A stretch of 64,000 nucleotides of DNA from Candidatus Thorarchaeota archaeon (GTDB taxonomy: Archaea; Asgardarchaeota; Thorarchaeia; Thorarchaeales; Thorarchaeaceae). Of the stretch, positions 10,773-20,606 are shown piece after piece. Every line of letters starts with the position of its first letter. The stretch's first letter is position 1. Where the stretch lies: assembly GCA_963726195.1 (NCBI GenBank), contig CAVSBO010000015.1, forward strand, positions 32,001 through 96,000. The letters are read 5' to 3'. The translations under genes were made by a program, and so were the position numbers. The notes under the pieces were generated by a model. The model worked only from the letters and a program-made list of their open reading frames with translations, searched no databases and was not told the DNA's origin.

Positions 10773-12602
10773 CTACTTCTCCAGATAAGAAAAAACCAGC
10801 CTCGTGCAGTTCAACGACCACACGAGGCTACGCGAGTGAAGAGCTGAGATGATCCCTTTCTTCTTCATCTCGTTCATTCGGAGTTCTCGTCTTAGTACCT
10901 TGCCCACTTGCGTGAGAGGTAGTGATTGCACAATCTCGACTTCCTTGGGTCTCTTGTAGCCTGCGAGTTTCTCTCTGGCCCACTCAAGTATTTCCTCAGG
11001 TGTTGCCTTCTCTCCGGGCTTCAGGACTACATAGGCCTTGACGTATTCGTTGCCCATGTCTTCCTTGCTCTTGGGGATACCAACGACGGCTGCCATTGCG
11101 ATTTTTGGATTCTCGTAGAGTGTGTCCTCAATCTCGCGTGGATAGGCCTTGAGCCCGCCCACGTTGATCATCTCTTTCTTCCTGTCACTGATTATTGTGA
11201 AGCCTTCCTCATCCATGTGTCCTATATCACCAGTTAGGAAGAAGCGCTTTCCGTCGATGGTCCTAAAGACTTCCTCAGTCTCCTTAGGTTTGTTCCAATA
11301 GCCCATCATCACCTGTGGACCGCAAATCGCTATCTCACCGGTTTGACCGATGGGCAGTTCCTTCTTTCCGGTCTCCATGTCGACAATCTTGCAGATTGTA
11401 TCCGAAATAGGCAGGCCGATAGAACCGAACTTACGGTCCTTCTTGTTCGTGGGATTGATGTGAGTGACCGGTGATGTTTCGGTGAGACCGTATCCCTCGA
11501 ACATGATTGCTCCGGTGACAGCCTCGAATCGCTTTGCAAGTTCGGGAGGAAGCGGCGCTGCGCCTGAAGAACATACTTTGATCGATTTGAGGTTGAACTT
11601 CTTGACATCGGGATGGTTAATGACACCCGCATAAAGCGCCGGCACACAGCAGAAAATCGTGCCCTTGTAGTCCTGCAGGTCCTTGAGCAAAGCCGTCATC
11701 GGAGGCTTCCCTGCTCTCGGGTCGGGGATACAAACCAGCTTCGCGACAAGATATGTGCACATGAGCATGGTCAAGGTGAGACCGTAGCTGTGGTACCATG
11801 GAAGGGCCCCGACAAACACCTCTTTTCCCGCTTCCATCTTCGGAGGTGTATCCTTGATGTCATCCGGCGAAAGGGTCACCCATTCGTAGATTTGAAGGAC
11901 ATTCGAAACGAGGTTGCTGTGCTTCAAAGCAGCGCCCTTTGGTGTACCTGTGGTACCGCCCGTGTACAGAATCAGCGCAATCTCGTCCGGGTTGAAGGAA
12001 ATCTTGGGTGGCTTTGGTTCGTACTTCTTTATTATGTCGTCGTAGAAGAACGTGATTCCGGGCTCGTACCTCGGGCTTTTCGGTATCTTGCCGAGTGCAG
12101 CTCCCAGCTTCGCTTTTGACCCCGGCAGGAAACTCTTTACACTGCATACAACGACAGTATCAACGCCGGTTCCTTTGATGGCCTCGTAGCAGGTCGGTGT
12201 GAAGGTCTCGTGATCAAGCACGAAGACAACCTTGGACCCCGAGTCTTTTAGCTGGAAATTCAGTTCTCCTGCCTTGTACGCAGGATTGCATGTCACAGTC
12301 GTGGCTCCCGACTTCAGTGCTCCAAAGAAGACGGCTGGAAAATGCGGCACATTAGGCAGGAATATGGCAACTCTTGTGTCCTTCTTGACACCCCTAGTGA
12401 CTAGGAAGTTGGCAATTCTGTCAGCATGGTCGCGTATCTCTGCATAAGACTTCGAGGCGCCTTCAAACAGAGTAAACGGGTTCTTACCATGCTCGTCTGC
12501 TGCTCTGTCAAGCATGGCAAACAAGGGTTCCTTAGGATAGTCTAGATTCTTCCGAACATCCTTTGGCCACTTGTGTTTGTACCAGATGTATTCCTTATCC
12601 AA
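10773..12602 (-). CDS. Long-chain acyl-CoA ligase (FadD-like)
   Basis: 'YTGGTTGTPKG', 'EGYGLTETSP', 'TGDIG', 'DRKKEMI..GG', 'GKVLRR'; the last ~25 aa may be readthrough caused by an indel. Confidence 0.92.
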   Translation of the reverse strand: MDKEYIWYKHKWPKDVRKNLDYPKEPLFAMLDRAADEHGKNPFTLFEGASKSYAEIRDHADRIANFLVTRGVKKDTRVAIFLPNVPHFPAVFFGALKSGATTVTCNPAYKAGELNFQLKDSGSKVVFVLDHETFTPTCYEAIKGTGVDTVVVCSVKSFLPGSKAKLGAALGKIPKSPRYEPGITFFYDDIIKKYEPKPPKISFNPDEIALILYTGGTTGTPKGAALKHSNLVSNVLQIYEWVTLSPDDIKDTPPKMEAGKEVFVGALPWYHSYGLTLTMLMCTYLVAKLVCIPDPRAGKPPMTALLKDLQDYKGTIFCCVPALYAGVINHPDVKKFNLKSIKVCSSGAAPLPPELAKRFEAVTGAIMFEGYGLTETSPVTHINPTNKKDRKFGSIGLPISDTICKIVDMETGKKELPIGQTGEIAICGPQVMMGYWNKPKETEEVFRTIDGKRFFLTGDIGHMDEEGFTIISDRKKEMINVGGLKAYPREIEDTLYENPKIAMAAVVGIPKSKEDMGNEYVKAYVVLKPGEKATPEEILEWAREKLAGYKRPKEVEIVQSLPLTQVGKVLRRELRMNEMKKKGIISALHSRSLVWSLNCTRLVFSYLEK

Positions 12603-12688
12603 TCCTATCCGCTCACTACTCTCTTTTCATAATTCTTGAGTTCGATTGATAATCAAGAATAGGCGGCTGATAGAATCCGTGACTGATA

Positions 12689-12707
12689 TCTCTTCTGTCA
12701 GAAGAGA
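12689..12707. promoter_or_regulatory. 9-1-9 palindrome TCTCTTCTG-T-CAGAAGAGA in the ligase/dehydratase divergent intergenic region; candidate operator
   Basis: Perfect inverted repeat; a second IR, ATTCTTGA-N13-TCAAGAAT, lies at 12632..12660. Confidence 0.4.
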
Positions 12708-12847
12708 GACGGGTATTTAGCCTCGACAGCGCCTCTTGAGTCGGGTTCAGGTGCATCATTGCGAGCACAACAATTAAGAAACTGCGCAATGAATCTCTGT
12801 TGCATTCAATCGCTCGACACAAGAGCAAATGAGCGAAGGTTATCAGT

Positions 12848-14056
12848 TTGAGTTATGAACAAGCGACTGTACAATCGAATAGCCAGGGTTTGAAGCTAGG
12901 CACGACCGAGAAGCTCACTCTCGGGTACATCTATCCGCATGCGCCTCTGGAAATCATCATGGCCCACGGCCTGATTCCGTCGTTGGTCCGTGCCAGACCG
13001 GGCGTTGTCGGTGCATTCGAGGCGAGCTTACAAACATTCGCGTGTTCCTACACTCGGAACTTATTCAGTCAACGTGTGAATGACGAGCTTCCTCCCCTGG
13101 CAGCACTATTGTTCCCGGGCAATACCTGCGACTCGCTCCTCAATGTCGGTGATATCTGGCGTATTCGTTATCCTGATGACTTGGTTTTTCGTCTCACATA
13201 CCCTGCGGCCAATCAAGGCGATGCAGGAGTGCGCTTCCTTGCAGATGAAATCAGAAACCTCAGCAGTTCGATAGAGAAGGCTTTCGGACTTCCCTTCTCC
13301 CCCTCTGGATTCGAAGAGGCTGCAAGTATGACTCGGCAGTTCCGAGAAGCATTTCAATTCCTTTACGCAGCAAGGGCCATACTTCCTCAAGTTCTTCCGT
13401 ATTCGAAACTCGTTGCTCTAGTTCATGCATTTCTAATGTCTCCTGACCAGAAGTCAGTAAGTGAAACATTACGTGCTGCTTTGCAGGTTCAACGCGCACT
13501 CACAAAAGCGAAATTGTTGGAGTCGGCTAAGAAGACTCAGGGGCAGCTATTGAAGCGACATCTTTCAAAGACATCTTTTCCACACGACACGAACACACCC
13601 CGACTGGCTGTAGCCGGGGGAATGATTGACCCCGGAGCCTTGGTAGCACTCCTATCTTCTGCAGGCATTTCAGAAAATATGTTAGCCATCGATCTTCTCA
13701 CTTTCGGTTTCAAGACAGCATTCACGTCGCCTTGCCATTTGGAGGGAGACCCATTCGAGAGCGTTGCGAAGTCTATCCTGTCATCTCCTCTGGAACCGAC
13801 ACAAGAAGGTCTCCAAACGCGTCTTGCCCTTTTGAGAGAGATTCTGACAAACCTAGCCATCGATGGCCTAGTCATTTGCGAACAATCATTTTGTGATCCG
13901 GATGAGTTTGAGGCGCCAAGTCTTGAGGCGGAGGCACTGAAATCTGGGGTTTCTGTGCTCCATCTTCCTATCGACCCCGAGCTTTCCGACCGCGAGCGGC
14001 TTGGCGTTCGCCTCCAGAGTTTCCTTGAGACTATCAAATCCAAGAGTCAGAGGTGA
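12848..14056 (+). CDS. 2-hydroxyacyl-CoA dehydratase family subunit (HgdB/BcrC-like)
   Basis: 'PLEIIMAHGLIP', 'LQTFACSY', 'NTCDS', 'FCDPDEFE', 'RLQSFLE'. Confidence 0.82.
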   Translation: MSYEQATVQSNSQGLKLGTTEKLTLGYIYPHAPLEIIMAHGLIPSLVRARPGVVGAFEASLQTFACSYTRNLFSQRVNDELPPLAALLFPGNTCDSLLNVGDIWRIRYPDDLVFRLTYPAANQGDAGVRFLADEIRNLSSSIEKAFGLPFSPSGFEEAASMTRQFREAFQFLYAARAILPQVLPYSKLVALVHAFLMSPDQKSVSETLRAALQVQRALTKAKLLESAKKTQGQLLKRHLSKTSFPHDTNTPRLAVAGGMIDPGALVALLSSAGISENMLAIDLLTFGFKTAFTSPCHLEGDPFESVAKSILSSPLEPTQEGLQTRLALLREILTNLAIDGLVICEQSFCDPDEFEAPSLEAEALKSGVSVLHLPIDPELSDRERLGVRLQSFLETIKSKSQR

Positions 14057-15285
14057 CCGTAGTGGAACAAGAAGAAAGAAGAGCCGAAGAAAAGGTCTAC
14101 AGACAACTACGCACGAATTCGCTCCTGCAGCAGGTCATGTTTCGCTATATGCTTGAGGGTCATGCTGCCAGTGAAGAGGGAAAGCTTGCTTGGGTCACAT
14201 CCGGCTTTCCAGTAGAGATACCCGTGGCAATGGGTGTGGGCGTCAACTATCCAGAACAGTACGGAGCTGTGATTGGATCCCAAAAGGTTGGTCCAGAGAT
14301 TTGCGGTTTCGCGGAAGAGTTGGGTTACTCGCAGGAATTATGCTCGTATGCTCGTTCCAGCATAGGCGCAGCACGCTATCCTGAGAAGAGCCCGCTAGAG
14401 GGACTGCCAAAGCCTCAGGCTTTGCTGGCATGCAACAACATCTGCGGCACAGTCTTGAGATGGTATGATGCCATATCTGAGATGACAGGAGCGCCCGTCT
14501 TTCTCTTCGACACTCCTCCCATACAGGGTGAACAGACGCCTCACCACAGGGAATACGTACGCCAGAGCGTGATGAGGCTTATCGACTTTCTATCAACTAC
14601 TTTCCACGCCAGCTTTTCAGAGGAGCGCCTGCGAGAAGTAGGGGCTCTCTCAGGCAAAGGCATTGACCTGTGGACACGCTCATTGAAGGCCTGCCGAAAC
14701 AGACCAAGCCCGTTGAACTGTGCCGACAGATTCCTCGCAATGGCTCCCATTGTGTCACTGCGGGGCACAGATTTGGCAATCGAGTTCTACCAAGCTCTTC
14801 TCGAAGAGGTGGAGGAACGGGTTGCACAAGGTCTGGGTGCAATACGGGAAGAAAAGATACGATTGCTATGGGACGACATTCCTCCTTGGTTCACTATCTT
14901 TCGGTTCTTCAATGGGCTTGCTGCCAGAGGGGTGGTCTTTCCTGCAGACACGTACACTCATGCTTGGTCGGGTTCACTCAGTGGAGCAGATTTGCTGGAC
15001 AGCGTTGTCTCTGTGTATTCCAATGTCTACCTCAACAAAGGCTTGGAAGCCAAAGTCGACAAGATGTGCGAACTCATTAAGGAATACTCCCTTGACGGCT
15101 TCATCATGTTCTCTGTGCGGTCCTGCAAGCGGTACTCCCTTGGGCAGCTAGTAACCAAGGAACTTGTCATGGAACGTACAGGCGTACCGGGCGTCGTTAT
15201 TGAGGGCGACATGGTCGACAGTCGTCTCTTCAATGATGCCCAGATTCAGACTAGGATTGACGCACTACTTGAGATGTTTGTCTAG
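14053..15285 (+). CDS. 2-hydroxyacyl-CoA dehydratase family subunit (HgdA/BcrB-like)
   Basis: 'YPEQYG', 'CSYAR', 'NNICG', 'RSCK', 'EGDMVD', 'TRIDALLE'; 4-bp overlap with the upstream gene. Confidence 0.87.
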   Translation: MTVVEQEERRAEEKVYRQLRTNSLLQQVMFRYMLEGHAASEEGKLAWVTSGFPVEIPVAMGVGVNYPEQYGAVIGSQKVGPEICGFAEELGYSQELCSYARSSIGAARYPEKSPLEGLPKPQALLACNNICGTVLRWYDAISEMTGAPVFLFDTPPIQGEQTPHHREYVRQSVMRLIDFLSTTFHASFSEERLREVGALSGKGIDLWTRSLKACRNRPSPLNCADRFLAMAPIVSLRGTDLAIEFYQALLEEVEERVAQGLGAIREEKIRLLWDDIPPWFTIFRFFNGLAARGVVFPADTYTHAWSGSLSGADLLDSVVSVYSNVYLNKGLEAKVDKMCELIKEYSLDGFIMFSVRSCKRYSLGQLVTKELVMERTGVPGVVIEGDMVDSRLFNDAQIQTRIDALLEMFV

Positions 15286-15296
15286 GTGACAGCGAT

Positions 15297-16076
15297 TTGA
15301 CAAGACATTCATCCATGGGAGTCGGTCTCGACGTTGGGTCAACGACTACCAAAGGTGTGCTAGTCAACTCGTCGACTATGGTCCTCGCTAGTGCACTCAT
15401 ACCCACCGGCTCATCAGCGTCCGTTGCCGCGAGACGAGTGATGGAGGATCTCACACGGGCCTCTGGAAAGGATTTGGCGGGACTGCCCATAGTCAGCACC
15501 GGATATGGAAGAACGTCTGTTGAGTTCGTTCATGACGCCGTGACCGAGATAACTTGCCATAGTATAGGTGTTCACTCGCTGAATCCTGACATTCGCCTCC
15601 TAATCGACGTAGGCGGTCAGGACTCGAAGGTGATTAGGATAGGGCCCAACGGACGACCAACAGACTTTGAGATGAATGACAAATGCAGCGCGGGCACAGG
15701 CAGATTCCTTGAGGTGATGGCCAGAGTTCTCGAGGTGTCTATCGATGACCTAGGTCCACTCGCCCTTCAATCGAATTCACCTTGCGCAATCAGCAGCACA
15801 TGCACAGTGTTTGCTGAGAGCGAGGTCGTGGGCAAGATCGGAACGGGTGTTGCACCTGCTGACATCGCTGCTGGCGTACACTCAGCTATGGCTGCAAAGG
15901 TAGGCGCTCTTGCGAAAAGAGTAGGGCTCGTGACTCCCATCGGTGTGACAGGCGGCGTAGCTCTCAATCCTGCCTTTCGTCACTATCTATCAAAGCAGCT
16001 CAACAGCCCTCTTTGGATGCCAGAAAAGCCTCAGCTGACTGGCGCTCTTGGTGCAGCAATTTTGGCCATCAAGTAA
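15297..16076 (+). CDS. ATP-dependent dehydratase activase (HgdC-like ASKHA [4Fe-4S] ATPase)
   Basis: 'GLDVGSTTTK', 'TGYGR', 'EITCH', 'DVGGQDSK', 'MNDKCSAGTGRFLE', 'STCTVFAESE'. Confidence 0.93.
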   Translation: MTRHSSMGVGLDVGSTTTKGVLVNSSTMVLASALIPTGSSASVAARRVMEDLTRASGKDLAGLPIVSTGYGRTSVEFVHDAVTEITCHSIGVHSLNPDIRLLIDVGGQDSKVIRIGPNGRPTDFEMNDKCSAGTGRFLEVMARVLEVSIDDLGPLALQSNSPCAISSTCTVFAESEVVGKIGTGVAPADIAAGVHSAMAAKVGALAKRVGLVTPIGVTGGVALNPAFRHYLSKQLNSPLWMPEKPQLTGALGAAILAIK

Positions 16077-16086
16077 GTCCAGAGTC

Positions 16087-16644
16087 CTATGCTTGGTCCG
16101 CGAGAGCCTTCTCACCCGCCTTGATACCTAACTCAAGGGCCAAGTGATTGATTTTCACGAACTTGGGCCAGCGCTCCTCCATCTGATGCTTGAGACCCTC
16201 AATAGAGATAGCTTTCGTGATTGCCGCGAATGCTCCCATCATTACCACATTTGTTGTCTGCTTGCTTCTGACTTCCTCATCAGCAATTCGTGTCGCGGGC
16301 AGGCTGTACACCTTGACGCCTTGTGGCAGTTCGCCCTCTACAGTCACTAAATCACTGTCGATTATGAGCACACCATTCTCCTTCAAACCGTGAACATATT
16401 CCAGATATGCAGCCCTGCTCATCGCAATGAAGACATCAGGAGCTGTCACTTTCGGGTAATCGATTTCCTCGTCACTGATGACTATCTCGCTCTTGCTCGC
16501 CCCACCGCGCGCTTCTGGACCATAGGATTGGGTCTGGACTACATACTTCTTGTCAAAGAGAGCCGAAGACTCCCCGATTATCACTGCCATCGTGACAATT
16601 CCCTGACCGCCGAATCCTCCGATCCTTATCTCGTAGCGGCTCAT
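16087..16644 (-). CDS. korC: 2-oxoacid:ferredoxin oxidoreductase gamma subunit
   Basis: 'GFGGQG', 'QSYGPEARGGAS'. Confidence 0.9.
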   Translation of the reverse strand: MSRYEIRIGGFGGQGIVTMAVIIGESSALFDKKYVVQTQSYGPEARGGASKSEIVISDEEIDYPKVTAPDVFIAMSRAAYLEYVHGLKENGVLIIDSDLVTVEGELPQGVKVYSLPATRIADEEVRSKQTTNVVMMGAFAAITKAISIEGLKHQMEERWPKFVKINHLALELGIKAGEKALADQA

Positions 16645-16649
16645 ACAAA

Positions 16650-17492
16650 TCACTTCCTGACCTTGGCGTGCATCTGTTTCAGGACGTCCGTGTACTCAGG
16701 CTTCTCAATGTCGACGAACTCCCCGCATACTATTCTCTTGTCATACTCAATTTCAGCTTCGTGTGGCGGCAGACCGTTTTGGATGTCCGTGACTTCAAGA
16801 AGGTGCTTATGCATGTCTACGCCTTCACCCAGCTTGTTCATTCTGCCATACGCAGTGGGACATGCGCCGACAATCTCGATGAAAGAGAAGCCCTGTTTTT
16901 TGATTCCCTTCTCGATTGACTTTATCGCACGACGAACTTGAACCGCGGTCCAACGTGCGACAAACGTTGCTCCTGATGATGCAGCCAGCTTAACGAGATT
17001 GAAAGGATGCTCCATGTTCCCGATTGGCGGAGGGCTTGTTTGGGTCAGCTTCTCATGTTCCGTCGTCGGACCGAATTGCCCGCCTGTCATCCCGTAATTC
17101 CAGTTGTTTATGCAGACCACGGTCATGTCTATGTTGCGCCTACAGGCATGGATGAGGTGGTTTCCTCCAATGGCGGCCAAATCGCCGTCGCCAGCAACTA
17201 CGATAACCTCCAACTCGGGGTTCGCGATTTTCACGCCAGTTGCGAAGGGAATAGCTCTTCCGTGCGTCGTGTGAAACGTTCCAGTCTTGAAGTATCCAGA
17301 TGTGCGACCGCTGCAACCGATTCCGGAGACGACCACGACTTTGGAGAAGTCAATGCCAATATTGTCGATAGCCCGTGTAATCATACCAGTAGTTATGCCA
17401 ATCGAGCATCCGGGGCAATAAATCCACGGGAGCCTGTCTTCTCTTATGTACTTGGACATCGGATGCATGAGTACAGCTGGTGTCGTCGTCAC
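16650..17492 (-). CDS. korB: 2-oxoacid:ferredoxin oxidoreductase beta subunit
   Basis: 'CPGC', 'SGIGCS', 'HGRA', TPP motif 'GDGD..IGGNH..N..YGMTGGQ'. Confidence 0.93.
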   Translation of the reverse strand: MTTTPAVLMHPMSKYIREDRLPWIYCPGCSIGITTGMITRAIDNIGIDFSKVVVVSGIGCSGRTSGYFKTGTFHTTHGRAIPFATGVKIANPELEVIVVAGDGDLAAIGGNHLIHACRRNIDMTVVCINNWNYGMTGGQFGPTTEHEKLTQTSPPPIGNMEHPFNLVKLAASSGATFVARWTAVQVRRAIKSIEKGIKKQGFSFIEIVGACPTAYGRMNKLGEGVDMHKHLLEVTDIQNGLPPHEAEIEYDKRIVCGEFVDIEKPEYTDVLKQMHAKVRK

Positions 17493-18625
17493 AGGGAGTC
17501 TGCCTCCTTGATTTTCTCGAGAATCTCATCAGGCAGTTGTGGTGTGCCAGCTGGCTTGGTCATTAGATGAATGGGTGTGGGTGCAGCAAATGCCCTGACC
17601 ATGTAATAGACCTGTCCCATGTTCTGTTCCGGGACTATGATGTGCTTGACCTGTGAACCAAGTTCAGAGATGATTCTCTCGGGGAATGGCCACACAGTCT
17701 TCAGCCTCAGCATTCCAACCTTGATACCCTCAGCACGTGCATCTTTGATTGCTTTCCTGGCGCTTCTTGAAGGCGTGCCATACGCCACGATGGCAATGTC
17801 GGCGTCGTCAAGCATGAACCTCTCAACTTCGACTATGTCGTCCACGTGACGCAGTATCTTTTCACTGAGTCGCGTAATCAACTCGATTTGTACTTCGTCG
17901 CTGTCGGAAGGGTATCCTCTCTCGTCATGTGTTAGGCCGGTTGCATAGAACTGATACTTGGTACCAAGCAATGCCATGGGCGGAACAAGGTCCTCATCTG
18001 GCTTGAACGGAAGATACTCGGACGGGTCGACAGTGGGCATCTTTCTGCCCACAAGTTTCAGATCCTTTTCGTCGGGAATGACGAGTTTCTCTCTCATGTG
18101 CCCGACCACTTCGTCAGCCAATATGAAGACCGGTACCCTATACTTCTCGGACAGGTTGAATGCTCTGACCGTCAGGTCGAACATCTCTTGGACTGAGGCA
18201 GGTGTGAGGGCGATTATCTGATAATCACCATGACTGCCCCACTTGGCCTGCAATACGTCGCCTTGCTGTCCGCGGGTGGGCTGACCAGTGCTTGGACCGC
18301 CTCTCATTATGTTCACAATGACAACCGGGGTTTCTGTCATGACTGCGAGACCGACCGCCTCCATCATGAGACTGGCACCGGGACCGGATGTTGCAGTCAT
18401 CGCCTTTGTTCCGGCCCACGAGGCACCCAGCGCGCTCGTTATCGAAGCAATCTCGTCTTCGTACTGAACAAAAGCGCCACCAACTTCAGGCATTCTGACA
18501 GCCATCCACTCGGCGATTTCCGTTGCTGGTGTTATTGGATAGCCGCCAAAGTATCTGCATCCTGCGCTAATCGCGCCTTCCGCGCAGGCAATGTCTCCCA
18601 TTGAGAACATTTCACGCCGAGGCAA
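17489..18625 (-). CDS. korA: 2-oxoacid:ferredoxin oxidoreductase alpha subunit
   Basis: 'YPITPATE', 'EDEIA', 'TATSGPG', 'RGGPSTG'. Confidence 0.93.
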   Translation of the reverse strand: MPRREMFSMGDIACAEGAISAGCRYFGGYPITPATEIAEWMAVRMPEVGGAFVQYEDEIASITSALGASWAGTKAMTATSGPGASLMMEAVGLAVMTETPVVIVNIMRGGPSTGQPTRGQQGDVLQAKWGSHGDYQIIALTPASVQEMFDLTVRAFNLSEKYRVPVFILADEVVGHMREKLVIPDEKDLKLVGRKMPTVDPSEYLPFKPDEDLVPPMALLGTKYQFYATGLTHDERGYPSDSDEVQIELITRLSEKILRHVDDIVEVERFMLDDADIAIVAYGTPSRSARKAIKDARAEGIKVGMLRLKTVWPFPERIISELGSQVKHIIVPEQNMGQVYYMVRAFAAPTPIHLMTKPAGTPQLPDEILEKIKEADSL

Positions 18626-18982
18626 TCAGCCGGTTCCCCCTACCTTTGCAGCATCTCTCTCGAGTTCTGGGATTTTGGTGCCTTCCTGTACTCCATGGCT
18701 GTTGAACACCTCTTCGGCTTCGTCTCTGTCTGCTAGGAATATCGCCATGTCGGGACAAATGAGTTCGCAAAACTGGCAATTTGTACAGCTATCGATGTCA
18801 CATGCCGTGACCGGGTGGTACCCCTTCCGGTTGTACTTATCAGTCAGGCAGAGGACGGTCTTGGGACAGAAACTGATGCACAACTGGCACTGATCGCCTT
18901 TACACCTCTCCTCCAACATAACGAGAACCTTCTCTCGCATCCTGACCGGCTTTGGTGTAATTGGTTTTCTCACGGAAGTCAT
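18626..18982 (-). CDS. korD: 2-oxoacid:ferredoxin oxidoreductase delta subunit (2[4Fe-4S])
   Basis: 'CKGDQCQLCISFCP', 'CTNCQFCELICPDMAI'; first gene of the operon. Confidence 0.88.
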   Translation of the reverse strand: MTSVRKPITPKPVRMREKVLVMLEERCKGDQCQLCISFCPKTVLCLTDKYNRKGYHPVTACDIDSCTNCQFCELICPDMAIFLADRDEAEEVFNSHGVQEGTKIPELERDAAKVGGTG

Positions 18983-19136
18983 TGAGTACTCACCGACTCC
19001 GTCTCGCTCAGACTGGTCGTCAAGTCGCGGCTATATGAGCCTTACCTTGATGATTCCAGCGAACGGCCCCAGAAAGACCACAGTTAAGAGTCAGCATGAA
19101 GAGGGGTGTGGCAACATCATGGTGCGGTGTTAGGAT

Positions 19137-19601
19137 TTGCCCGACGAAGAGCCTGATGAGGAAGAGCTGGCCAAGTCGCTCAAGGGCAGGACTCTTCGTG
19201 TATACTGGTATATGCTGCGGCACCCCGAGCCTATGACCGCGAGAGAAATCCAGAGAGGTGCCGCCCTCTCCAGCCCATCTCTTTCAATGCATCACCTAGA
19301 GCATCTAAGGCAGCTTGGTCTTGTTGACAAGGACATTCATGGGCAGTACACAGTCAGGCGTGACATCAGAGTTGGCGTTCTCAAGATGTTCGTGGGAAGG
19401 GGCCGCCTGATGGTCCCCCGGTTTCTCTTCTACGCTACTTTCTACACTTCGGTCACAGCTGCTCTCGCTACGATGCTGCTTGCCTACATCGAATGGTATT
19501 CAGGCATTCTGCTCGGTCTTCTCATATCAGCTTGCGCGGTCCTTTGGTACGAGTCTTTCAGAATATGGAGGGAACAGCCATTTCCAGAAGAAGAGGACTG
19601 A
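19137..19601 (+). CDS. Winged-helix regulator with two C-terminal TM helices
   Basis: 'TAREIQRGAALSSPSLSMHHLEHLRQLGLVDK' followed by two hydrophobic segments. Confidence 0.75.
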   Translation: MPDEEPDEEELAKSLKGRTLRVYWYMLRHPEPMTAREIQRGAALSSPSLSMHHLEHLRQLGLVDKDIHGQYTVRRDIRVGVLKMFVGRGRLMVPRFLFYATFYTSVTAALATMLLAYIEWYSGILLGLLISACAVLWYESFRIWREQPFPEEED

Positions 19602-19660
19602 GTTCTAACAATAGAACTAACTGCAGCAGAGCATGGGCTCACACGTCTAGGTCATGGCTT

Positions 19661-20575
19661 ATGGAGCAATCGTTCCGGAGTCCGGTAGCGGGCACCCGCG
19701 CTCACTATGGATGCATGATGATGCTGGCGCTACTTCTGTTGGTTTCGATTTCATCGTTCCATGCCTGCCTGACAAACGCCTCGCCTTCCTTTCTGCCAAT
19801 CGGACACACGCCTTCTAGTAATGATCTCCGTGTCATGCTGACTTACCATTCGAGATGGAACCCTGCTCCGATGCCAGTTCAATCAGATGATGCAATTTCG
19901 GGTGACCACATAATCCTGAATGCCACGTGGCTGCCTCTGGGATTAATCATCAAAACGGAGATTGAGGTGAACGCGACGGCAATTCCAAAGACAATCTCGA
20001 ATGAGAGCAACTCTACTGCAGCATGGATCGACACCAGAAGCCTTGGCAACAATGCCACCTGTGTCATAACTGTGTCCGGGTGGCTGTCCAATGGAACTCT
20101 TGCGAAACAGAAGTTCACGAACGTATTCTTGGGCAACTTCTTCGTGCCTCACGTGAGGGTCACCTCACCGAATGGAGGCGAGCAATGGACAGGAACCCAC
20201 AACATAACGTGGTTTGGGTGGGACAACAACTCTGACGAGCAGCTCACTTACGAAGTCCTTCTCTCATCCGATTCAGGAGCGACCTTTGAACTTCTTGCCA
20301 AAGGACTGAATGATACTTGGTTCACGTGGTACACTCAGGGCTTCCTCAATCTATCGACATACATGATCGAGGTGAGAGTATCCGACGGCATCTACACCAG
20401 CCACGACACCTCTGATGGGCCCTTCACCGCAGGGGATATTCCGGTCGAGACAACTTCGTCCACCACAACAACAGTTGACCACAATCTCATTGTTGAGATA
20501 TTCATCGCAGCGGCCATAATATCAAGTGCCATCATGTCTCTTGTTGTATACTACGCGGCTAAGAGATGGTACTGA
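19661..20575 (+). CDS. Secreted/surface protein with a beta-sandwich domain, Thr-rich linker and C-terminal TM anchor
   Basis: Signal-like hydrophobic stretch, many N-x-S/T sequons, 'VTSPNGGEQW..NITW', 'TTSSTTTT', TM plus KRWY end. Confidence 0.7.
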   Translation: MEQSFRSPVAGTRAHYGCMMMLALLLLVSISSFHACLTNASPSFLPIGHTPSSNDLRVMLTYHSRWNPAPMPVQSDDAISGDHIILNATWLPLGLIIKTEIEVNATAIPKTISNESNSTAAWIDTRSLGNNATCVITVSGWLSNGTLAKQKFTNVFLGNFFVPHVRVTSPNGGEQWTGTHNITWFGWDNNSDEQLTYEVLLSSDSGATFELLAKGLNDTWFTWYTQGFLNLSTYMIEVRVSDGIYTSHDTSDGPFTAGDIPVETTSSTTTTVDHNLIVEIFIAAAIISSAIMSLVVYYAAKRWY

Positions 20576-20606
20576 GGAGCCGTCGTGCGGTCGGAAGCGC
20601 AGACGA

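Noticed and set aside
10498-10821. 107-aa minus-strand ORF downstream of the acyl-CoA ligase
   Set aside because: No recognisable motif, atypical composition, and it overlaps the ligase end
12848-16076. Class I benzoyl-CoA reductase
   Set aside because: Only one ATPase subunit (BCR uses two different ones) and no dienoyl-CoA hydratase or ring-cleavage genes nearby; not fully excluded without phylogeny
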